From positions 1 to 54,011 of the IMG/VR virus record IMGVR_UViG_3300024264_002174: DNA of 54,011 bases; one strand, given 5' to 3'. Every line of letters begins with the position of its first letter. Position 1 is the stretch's first letter. The stretch is from a virus. Its lineage: Duplodnaviria > Caudoviricetes. A model generated the notes under the pieces. It was not told the DNA's origin. It worked only from the letters and a program-made list of their open reading frames with translations, and did not search any database. This document shows, one piece after another, positions 29,222-37,042 of this stretch. The translations under genes were made by a program, and so were the position numbers.

Positions 29222-30593
29222 AGTAAAATTCTGCTAGTTCAGGAAAAGTTTTTAAAAAATTAGTACCTCTTCTTTTATCATGTTCATCCACAAATTTAAC
29301 TAAATTGGATCTCTCTAATTTTAATTTATCTTCATCTATGTTAGATTTACTCCAATCGTAAATTCTTTTCATTTTATTAATTTCTATGGTAGTAAATCCT
29401 AACTGAGTGTGATTAAATACAGGTGAACTTTTAAAGTACATAAGCTCAGCATTTGATCTTATAAGTTCTTTATGGCTGTCAGTTAATAGTTGAACTGTTT
29501 GATGATGAGGGTACCTTAAGTAAGATGTATCTAAATGAATTGCATGCTTCCAATATCTCTTATCGTTAGCATATTCTTTTTTAAGTTTATATACTCCATC
29601 AATTAACTTATTATAAGTGAACGGAGAAAACATATTATACGTAGACATTAATACTACTGTAACGTTAGGAAGTTTATCAAGTAAAGTGTTGACATTATCC
29701 CAAAACTTATTAAAAACTAAACCATTTCTAATATATTCTGCTTGTTCTCCCCATCCGTCAACAGAAGTAAAAATAATAAACTCGTTAACTCTTTCTTCTT
29801 GAATTATTCTATCTACTTTTTCTACAAACTTATCAAATAGGTTATCAGGGATACCAAGATTAGTATTTACTGAAAGGTTTAGTTTACGGTTAGGTTCATT
29901 TGCTTCTAAAATAAAGTCTAATACTTTCCAGGTATCTTTAGAAAGTAGAGGTTCTCCTCCAGTTATTCTAAATGTATGTAAATCGTTGTACAATTCAGGC
30001 CACCACTTCCAAAATGCTTCAACATAAGGGTTATACTCTGACTTTAGATAAGGTATGTGTCCTTTTTCTTCTAAAGTATCTAACCTACCAAATTTATCAT
30101 CAGTTGGATAAGGACCTTTAGATCTTATTTCATCCATCCATTTAGAAGAGAACAAAGGACCGCAGTATGAACATTTAAAATTACAGGTATTAGAAAAAGA
30201 TACTTCTACATACTTAGGGTTATAGTCCGAATTCCATGGTTTAGAAACTATTTCATCAAAGTGGTCCATAGACCATGGTTCTGATGATTTAAGTACTCTA
30301 TCGGAAAATCTATCAGAATTATCTTCTACGTTCCAGCAGTAATCACACTCTTTAGGTCTCTTCCCTTTGAGCATACTCATCCTTTGACGCTTCTTATGTC
30401 TTGTATTATGAAGCGCAGTAGGGTTTATTTGTATTTCTTTAAGAGGTATTTTATGAGGAGCAGGGTGGTGACAAGAATGAGTAAGTCCATTATGTAAGTG
30501 CATAGTAACTTGACTCCACTTAGCTATACAAAAGCCGCAGCCTACATTGTCAAGCTTATCCTTGACATCATTAAAAGCTACAGGTAACTTCAT
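29208..30593 (-). CDS. Radical SAM protein (CHH type)
   Basis: CNFKCSYC and GGEPLL; N-terminal FCIAKW...SCHHP...CDYCW. Confidence 0.9.
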   Translation of the reverse strand: MKLPVAFNDVKDKLDNVGCGFCIAKWSQVTMHLHNGLTHSCHHPAPHKIPLKEIQINPTALHNTRHKKRQRMSMLKGKRPKECDYCWNVEDNSDRFSDRVLKSSEPWSMDHFDEIVSKPWNSDYNPKYVEVSFSNTCNFKCSYCGPLFSSKWMDEIRSKGPYPTDDKFGRLDTLEEKGHIPYLKSEYNPYVEAFWKWWPELYNDLHTFRITGGEPLLSKDTWKVLDFILEANEPNRKLNLSVNTNLGIPDNLFDKFVEKVDRIIQEERVNEFIIFTSVDGWGEQAEYIRNGLVFNKFWDNVNTLLDKLPNVTVVLMSTYNMFSPFTYNKLIDGVYKLKKEYANDKRYWKHAIHLDTSYLRYPHHQTVQLLTDSHKELIRSNAELMYFKSSPVFNHTQLGFTTIEINKMKRIYDWSKSNIDEDKLKLERSNLVKFVDEHDKRRGTNFLKTFPELAEFYYDNK

Positions 30594-32011
30594 AGTTCTA
30601 TATTGAGCATTTTAGCCCATGGAGTAAAAACTTCTTCGCTAATTAATTTATATTTTAATTGTTTTATACCGTCATCCTTGTAGTCTATTTCATCTTGCTG
30701 CATACCAAGTACATATCTTCTTTCATTAGCAGCTGTAGTTTCACCTTTGACAAACTTACCGTCTACTATTCCTTCGTCTTTATGAGGTAAACATCTCATT
30801 CTACCTTCTACTCTATGAGGAATAATAGAGTTAGGAATTTTTAATCTCTCTTCTTTAGTCTCTATATTGAAAATATCTAATTTAGATTTAGGATCATTAG
30901 CGTCATAATTTGTAATTAATCCTTTTTCTGGGAGTTTTATATGTAAGTTTTTAACTTCTATAGGTTTAAGTGCTCTATCCCAAGTGTAAACTCTAGCAAT
31001 ATCTCCTTTAAAAAACTTATGAGTACTTTCTGCAGGTTCAGATGGGGATGTTCCTAAATATATACTATTAGTTCCGTACTTTTTTAACTTACCCGCAAAT
31101 CTAAAAGGAGACGGGCTACCAAATCCTCCTTTAGAGTCTACTTCAGTACCGTTTAAGTAAAGGTGAGATAAATGATTTTCTTCATCTAATACTGCTGTTA
31201 ACCAGCTCCACTGATTATCGTATCTTTTAAGCCACATGTAATTATGTTTATTAAAAGAGTTCCAATAAGTTAAGGAAAGGGCCCTAGAGTTATTAAATGA
31301 AAATCCGTAATCATAACCAGGTATTCTTAGAATAGGATACTCAACATATGCTCTTTTTTTATCTCCTATAAGAAATATTTTATTCTTATCCAGTGTATGA
31401 TATGCTCTTACTAATACTGATATAGTGTGTGACTTAGCAGTAAGGTTCCTCATACTCATATCGAATGGAAACTTTGCGTATGAATCTATACCATTGAAGT
31501 TAAGGTACTTCTGGTTAACGTTATCTATATCTAGCCATGTATCGTTAGTAAGTCCTTCTTTATGACATCTCCAAAAGAGATCATCATCTTCCATACCCCA
31601 GTCCCAGTATCCGTTACTGTACCCATTTGTAGCTTCTACTTGTTCCTTAGTAAAGAGTACTGCTCCTCCAAAATATTCATGATATTTAAGTTGATAATCC
31701 ATTTGAGATATCTGAGTAGCTATATGTCGAGGTGCTTTTTCTGGGTATGAGTAGTCTGCTCCTCCTTCTTCCTCAGGTATCATATCTATATCATGCCAAA
31801 CTATATAATCACACCCATCTTCAAATGCATGTTTTGCTCCTATATTTTTTGTTGCACCTCTATTGAATAGTTTATCATCTACTTGATGAACAATGTATAT
31901 CTGGAAGTCGATACCTTGGTTTTTAAGGTACTTACCTATTTTCGGTATGAATTCATGCATATGTAGCTCTCGATTCCTATAGGGAACACATACACCTAAT
32001 TTGTGACTCAT
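30590..32011 (-). CDS. GT7 (beta-1,4-galactosyltransferase-like) glycosyltransferase with inserted LamG domain
   Basis: VPYRNR, FNRG...N.G, HDIDM (DxD), YFGG and NGYSN.YW.WG.EDDD. The insert has LNFNG...LYLNG...FKGDI. Ends with the DG...L.Y motif. Confidence 0.88.
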   Translation of the reverse strand: MSHKLGVCVPYRNRELHMHEFIPKIGKYLKNQGIDFQIYIVHQVDDKLFNRGATKNIGAKHAFEDGCDYIVWHDIDMIPEEEGGADYSYPEKAPRHIATQISQMDYQLKYHEYFGGAVLFTKEQVEATNGYSNGYWDWGMEDDDLFWRCHKEGLTNDTWLDIDNVNQKYLNFNGIDSYAKFPFDMSMRNLTAKSHTISVLVRAYHTLDKNKIFLIGDKKRAYVEYPILRIPGYDYGFSFNNSRALSLTYWNSFNKHNYMWLKRYDNQWSWLTAVLDEENHLSHLYLNGTEVDSKGGFGSPSPFRFAGKLKKYGTNSIYLGTSPSEPAESTHKFFKGDIARVYTWDRALKPIEVKNLHIKLPEKGLITNYDANDPKSKLDIFNIETKEERLKIPNSIIPHRVEGRMRCLPHKDEGIVDGKFVKGETTAANERRYVLGMQQDEIDYKDDGIKQLKYKLISEEVFTPWAKMLNIEL

Positions 32012-33411
32012 ATCTTAGCTATTATATGGTGATAATTCTTAACATTTATATAGTCTAACTCTCTATGTCTGCAATTAGTTAGTCCGTCTTTTTCATAGTT
32101 AGTTCTATTATTCTTAGCTTTTTCTAAGTATACTTCTTGATTTTCTCTACTTTTCCAAGATACCCAATATCCGTCTTTATATCCATTTTCATCGTGAGGT
32201 AAGACTTTAAATTTTCCTTTCTTTCTATGAGGAATAGGTAGCTTAGTATCGAAAGTTAATGAAGTAGTTGTAAACTCTGTATTTTTGGTATATCCATTGT
32301 TTTCGTTTCCTGATAAATCTAATACCATGTTCTGATTGGTAAATTTAAGATCATAGTATATTTTCATATCATTTCTATTAAAGAATTCAAATAAGCTCTT
32401 ATTAATATTCCCTGATAAGTCATATATTTCTTTCTTATCTAATACTTTGTCAAAGATACAAAAAGTATCAATAGATCCTTTAAACCAATTCGGCTTTTTT
32501 TCTCTTTCAGGATTACCGGCACCTAGAAACATATATTTACTCTTTTGTAACTTGTATAGATCATCGTACGTATTACTCCCTACTTTCTCACCATTTATGT
32601 AAAAGTTAATTTCTCTAGGTTCTACTGTATTACATATCGTAACGATAGCGTTATATGTACCTTTAGGTAAATTAAGAGAGGGTATAGATATAGAATCTAA
32701 ATTTTTCTTCCAAAATTGAAATGAAAAGTTACCAAAAGAGTTGTAAGTAACAGTAGTATCAAAGCCTGGTATCGACCATATGCTATACTCATCTATTATC
32801 TCTTCCATATTAGTAGGAGTATCATCTACTGTAAACGAAGTATAGATGGTAAAGTCTTTTAGTGAGTTTACTACATTAGGAACTACTATATAACTATCTT
32901 TTCCATTAAACTTAAGAGCTCTATCTACTCTTCCTCTTTGAGTTACTATTTTAGTGTCAAGGTTAATATGATTCTCTCTACATCTTAAGAGTAAGTCATC
33001 ATCTTCAAATCCCCATCCATCATACGTATTTGAATATCCGTTTACCTGTCTAAATATATTAGAAGGAAATAATGTTACTCCTCCGAAATATTCGTCAAAT
33101 AGAGTACGAGATACATCATCAGGTAAATCAAACTCTGTTATCAAATGAGTAGGTTTAGATTCATACGTATAGTCTGCTTCCACAGGTAGCATATCTATAT
33201 CGTGAAATACTACGTAATCACATCCTAATTCTTCAGCCTTTAAAAAACCTATATTTAATAACTTACCTCTATTGAAGTCATCTCGATCACTTTGCTCAAC
33301 TACTATGAGTTCGTAATCAATATTTAAATAATTAGTAATGTGTTCTCTAAAAGACTTAAGTTGATTAGGTCTGTCCCTATATGGAACTATTAAACCTAGT
33401 TTATGACTCAT
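32008..33411 (-). CDS. GT7 glycosyltransferase with inserted LamG domain (paralog)
   Basis: VPYRDR, FNRGKLLNIG, FHDIDM and GWGFEDDDL. The insert has LKFNG...FYING...FKGSID...DLSGN.N.G. Confidence 0.88.
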   Translation of the reverse strand: MSHKLGLIVPYRDRPNQLKSFREHITNYLNIDYELIVVEQSDRDDFNRGKLLNIGFLKAEELGCDYVVFHDIDMLPVEADYTYESKPTHLITEFDLPDDVSRTLFDEYFGGVTLFPSNIFRQVNGYSNTYDGWGFEDDDLLLRCRENHINLDTKIVTQRGRVDRALKFNGKDSYIVVPNVVNSLKDFTIYTSFTVDDTPTNMEEIIDEYSIWSIPGFDTTVTYNSFGNFSFQFWKKNLDSISIPSLNLPKGTYNAIVTICNTVEPREINFYINGEKVGSNTYDDLYKLQKSKYMFLGAGNPEREKKPNWFKGSIDTFCIFDKVLDKKEIYDLSGNINKSLFEFFNRNDMKIYYDLKFTNQNMVLDLSGNENNGYTKNTEFTTTSLTFDTKLPIPHRKKGKFKVLPHDENGYKDGYWVSWKSRENQEVYLEKAKNNRTNYEKDGLTNCRHRELDYINVKNYHHIIAKI

Positions 33412-33595
33412 TTTCTTTTTCGGGTTCTCCCTTTTCTAAAAATTCTGATAAGTAATACTGGATTCTTTCTCCCCATTCTTCTTTATCTATTTCTTCAAAC
33501 CATAGCACAAGAATAGCTAAGCTTTTAGATATTTTTTCTAGAGCTTGAACCTTACGTTCTTCGAGTAAAGCTTCTTCTACTTTATTTTGACTCAT
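33401..33595 (-). CDS. Small acidic hypothetical protein
   Basis: 64 aa; overlaps both neighbours, suggesting translational coupling. Confidence 0.65.
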   Translation of the reverse strand: MSQNKVEEALLEERKVQALEKISKSLAILVLWFEEIDKEEWGERIQYYLSEFLEKGEPEKENES

Positions 33596-34431
33596 ATTGT
33601 AACTATTTTATTTTTTAGTGTATCCCAATGAGGATAGTCTTTATACTCAATATACGAAAGTTCTTTCATATTTTCAACTAAAAACTTAAGATTATTAGTA
33701 TCTATTTTAAAATTATTTTTCTTTATAGCATCAAACATAATCTTATATTCTTCTGAGTAGGAATAATCTTTTTTATTATCTGCTACTTTTTTTATTCTCT
33801 TTACACAGGTTGAATCCCATTTAAAATGATGTACCTGAGTAAATACTTCTTCTATCGGCATACGTCTTCTATGTTCAGTACCCCAGCTATTAGATCCATC
33901 GTTGAATGATGCGTAATGCTGACCTGAGGTAATATTTTGATAACCTTTCATTAATGTAACTTTATTAGGACAAGCTTTAGACATTGGGTATCTAAAAAAT
34001 CCTGCAAGAGGAAATGCTCTGTGTATATCTGTCTCTCTCGTAACTTCAGGAAAAGTACCATCTATACCTATTCGATCTAAGAACCCCCCTGTAACAAACT
34101 CATAACCGTATCTCTCACAATTTTCAATGATGTCTTCGATAGGTTCTGGGTATACTTGTAGTTCGTCATCATCAGATACTATCCACCAGTCGTGAGGTTT
34201 AGTTTGTTTTATAGTATTGTATATTTCTGTTACTCTATTCCAATTGTACTTAGGTTCGGTAAACACCATAAATGGTTCTATACCTAACTCTTCTATTTCT
34301 TCTAATATACCATCATCATCACTTTGACGATATACTGCTACATATGCTTTGTCTATAACATTTTCATAATGTTTTAACATATGAGGTAATATATGAGTAT
34401 TTTCTCCTACTACTGTAACTAAATTAGGCAT
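33592..34431 (-). CDS. Putative GT-A glycosyltransferase (GT2/GT92-like)
   Basis: LPHMLKHY, DWWIVSDDDE, G.H and HHFKW motifs. Confidence 0.7.
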   Translation of the reverse strand: MPNLVTVVGENTHILPHMLKHYENVIDKAYVAVYRQSDDDGILEEIEELGIEPFMVFTEPKYNWNRVTEIYNTIKQTKPHDWWIVSDDDELQVYPEPIEDIIENCERYGYEFVTGGFLDRIGIDGTFPEVTRETDIHRAFPLAGFFRYPMSKACPNKVTLMKGYQNITSGQHYASFNDGSNSWGTEHRRRMPIEEVFTQVHHFKWDSTCVKRIKKVADNKKDYSYSEEYKIMFDAIKKNNFKIDTNNLKFLVENMKELSYIEYKDYPHWDTLKNKIVTI

Positions 34432-35191
34432 GTCTGTATAATGTTAATCCTGTTGAACTAGGTTTACCTTGAAGATTACCTTCATTAAAAAGGTTAAGTT
34501 TTTGCCACCCTCTTATACTCTCTTTATTAAATTTAGAGGGACCTTCCGTAAAAGATTGATATTGATTTTGTTCCTGTAAGTCTTTAGAAACTATATAATT
34601 GTTTTCATATCTACTGTCAGTATCGTGAATTGATATTAATCCGTTATCTGAAAGAAGGTTAGAGTACAGTTCAAAGTCCTGTTTTACATCTTCGTATGAA
34701 TGACCAGCGTCTATATGTAAATAATCTATTTTTATATCTTCTTTTGTAAAAAAATTAAAATATGCATTTTTAGTTGTATCATTAATAAATCTAGGAAAAA
34801 ATCTTGATCTAAAAAAAGAATCCTCATCTAAATAATTTATTTTTCCTCCAACTCCATTTGCAGCATCAACTAAAAAAGTTGACCCTATATCCCCCCAATT
34901 AAATTCTTTTTTACCTTCAAATATACCTGAATCATACAAATCTAATCTTGCTTGAGTCATAATACGAGGTATAAATCCTCCTCCTGATCCTAAACACACA
35001 CAGATTTTAGCTCTAAGAAACTGTATGAGTGAGTATATCACTAAACCATCACCTAAGTGATTGTCTGTAGCACCATGAGTCCATCTATAAGGAACAGGTA
35101 TAAGTTTTTTATAGACTTGTTCATCGTCTCCTATTACTTCAATATAATCATTAGTTATATTTTCTTTTATGTAGTTAAGGTCTAAGATCAT
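34424..35191 (-). CDS. Class I SAM-dependent methyltransferase (Methyltransf_24-like)
   Basis: VCLGSGGG and IDYLHIDAGHSYEDVKQDF...GLISIHD. Confidence 0.85.
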   Translation of the reverse strand: MILDLNYIKENITNDYIEVIGDDEQVYKKLIPVPYRWTHGATDNHLGDGLVIYSLIQFLRAKICVCLGSGGGFIPRIMTQARLDLYDSGIFEGKKEFNWGDIGSTFLVDAANGVGGKINYLDEDSFFRSRFFPRFINDTTKNAYFNFFTKEDIKIDYLHIDAGHSYEDVKQDFELYSNLLSDNGLISIHDTDSRYENNYIVSKDLQEQNQYQSFTEGPSKFNKESIRGWQKLNLFNEGNLQGKPSSTGLTLYRHA

Positions 35192-36023
35192 TTAATTTTT
35201 CTAACTTTATACCTTTGTTATTACCTACGATTTTTTTAAGATTGATATACTCAATACAATTTTCGTCTTTTCTAATCCTAGGTTTATCCATCCAGTAATG
35301 TTTAAAATACTTATATGTTTCTTCTTTCGGTATAAGTCCTTTATCACAAGATACGAACTTTCTTTCATTCGCCAAAAAAACTTCTTTCATTAATGTATCG
35401 TATTCTACTTTATGATAATCTAATAAATGCTTCAGAGCCAGCTGTTCAGCAAAAATTAAAAATTTAGAATTTGGAACTTTTAATTTAGTAAACCTGTACA
35501 TTAATTCTAAAGAAAATTCAGCATACTTATTTGCAAATCTATAATCTGGAAAAAAAGAGAAGCAGCAATTTACTGCATAGGGTTTAGGTCTAGGAAGTAA
35601 ATCTGATACTTGTTGTATAAATGGATCATTTGCAGTTGGATAATATCGTACTCCATCTTCTTCATGAGCAAATAAATGTTTATCAGAAAATAAATTAGAA
35701 ATATTTCTGTATACTAAAAAATCGTGATCCATTATTAGAACTGGTTCTTTAATATTTCTTAAAACTTCTAATTTACTAGATGCCCAGAATACGCTCTTGT
35801 CTATACTTTTATTTGTAGAAAGTATAATAACCTGATTCCATGTGTCTAATGCATTAAGATCTTCTAGAAATGTCTTAGTTAATTTATCACAATATAAGGT
35901 AGTAGAGTACTGTGGATGATGTTTTTTCCACTGTACACCTGAACTGATAAGTAGTAGTGTATCTAACTTGGTATAAAAAGAGTTGTCACCCTTTATATTT
36001 TCATAAACCCATATAACCTTCAA
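35175..36023 (-). CDS. Putative nucleotide-diphospho-sugar transferase-like protein
   Basis: LYCD, FWA..KL, IMDHDF (DxD), EQ..L and HY resemble GT-A fold motifs; TTG start. Confidence 0.6.
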   Translation of the reverse strand: MKVIWVYENIKGDNSFYTKLDTLLLISSGVQWKKHHPQYSTTLYCDKLTKTFLEDLNALDTWNQVIILSTNKSIDKSVFWASSKLEVLRNIKEPVLIMDHDFLVYRNISNLFSDKHLFAHEEDGVRYYPTANDPFIQQVSDLLPRPKPYAVNCCFSFFPDYRFANKYAEFSLELMYRFTKLKVPNSKFLIFAEQLALKHLLDYHKVEYDTLMKEVFLANERKFVSCDKGLIPKEETYKYFKHYWMDKPRIRKDENCIEYINLKKIVGNNKGIKLEKLNDLRP

Positions 36024-36041
36024 TAACCTTTTGTTTTTCTA

Positions 36042-36488
36042 TTATGTAAATTCAGCGTAGAATACTGTAGTAGATGTTTGATCTGAAGTACCTAATGTTA
36101 ATGTTGTACCAGTCTGTATTTGAGCTCCTCCTGAACCTCCTGCTCTCCATCTTACAAATGTTCTAGGATAAGCAGCAGTTTCGTCTGCTGTTAATGTAAC
36201 ACTATTTAAATCTAAGTCAACATTTTTTAAAGTAGTCGTACTATTCACATCATTTAACGAGTAGCTACCTGCTGAAACATCTACAAATCCTCCTGTGGAT
36301 ACTTGTACTGATCCGTAAAACCAGTTACCATTATATATTTCGCTAGCTGATGTCGGGTTAGAATTAGAAGGAGAAGCATCTGCTAATGCATTATTCATAG
36401 TTACATTAGAATCAGATGATATATTATTGGCCCATGTATCAAAAGAGCTAAATGAAATATTAGTTGTTCCGTAAGTATGTACTGCCAT
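36042..36488 (-). CDS. Small Ser/Thr-rich tail-fibre-associated protein
   Basis: N-terminal ISFS...SEIY pattern and an Ig-like C-terminus (FVRW...FYAEF); follows the S74 fibre. Confidence 0.55.
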   Translation of the reverse strand: MAVHTYGTTNISFSSFDTWANNISSDSNVTMNNALADASPSNSNPTSASEIYNGNWFYGSVQVSTGGFVDVSAGSYSLNDVNSTTTLKNVDLDLNSVTLTADETAAYPRTFVRWRAGGSGGAQIQTGTTLTLGTSDQTSTTVFYAEFT

Positions 36489-36490
36489 CG

Positions 36491-37039
36491 TTATGTTTTT
36501 ATAATTTTATTAGAAGGAAAAAATTTCTTTAATTCTTCTTTCAATACTTTATAACTATTACCTGTTAAGTCATCTAAAACTGATATGTCTATTACTTTTT
36601 TAGTTTCTTTAACTGTTTTTACTTTTACTTTTTTCTCTTCTTCTACTGTTCTATATAATGTTATTTCGTCCCCCTGTTCATCAAAACTTATATAGGGAAC
36701 TTCTACTTGAACTGTCTTTGTTTTATAAACTGGTATTTCTACCTCTTGTTCCTTAATCATTTCAAAGGTATATAAATTTTCTATATTTACCTTTTCACCT
36801 TTACTTAGTTCATCTTCGTAGTAAATTACATTAGAACCTACTAAGCCTACTGCATTTTTACTTTTATCATCAGCGTACTTTCTATTAAAGTTGGTAGCTT
36901 GCTCTTTATTGAGCCAAGCAGTAGTTGTAAAAGTAACTAAATTAGAAGATCTATTGATTTTCCAATTTTCTATTCTTATATAAAACTCTGAGGTAGGACC
37001 TGATGTTGTCTCTAATTCTACATTTAATTTAAAACCCAT
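36491..37039 (-). CDS. Hypothetical protein, possible fibre assembly factor
   Basis: Intact ORF immediately after the S74-containing fibre. Confidence 0.6.
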   Translation of the reverse strand: MGFKLNVELETTSGPTSEFYIRIENWKINRSSNLVTFTTTAWLNKEQATNFNRKYADDKSKNAVGLVGSNVIYYEDELSKGEKVNIENLYTFEMIKEQEVEIPVYKTKTVQVEVPYISFDEQGDEITLYRTVEEEKKVKVKTVKETKKVIDISVLDDLTGNSYKVLKEELKKFFPSNKIIKT

Positions 37040-37042
37040 TTT

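Noticed and set aside
22133-30593. Assignment of the radical SAM genes to QueE, MoaA or NrdG
   Set aside because: Size, the N-terminal auxiliary Cys/His domain and the absence of partner genes (queC/D, folE, moaC, nrdD) in the window do not fit.
21881-33595. RiPP interpretation, with the 64-aa or 83-aa ORF as precursor peptide for the radical SAM enzymes
   Set aside because: Both look like charged helical proteins with no Cys-rich or repetitive core, and I saw no PqqD/RRE domain, peptidase or exporter. Not formally excluded.
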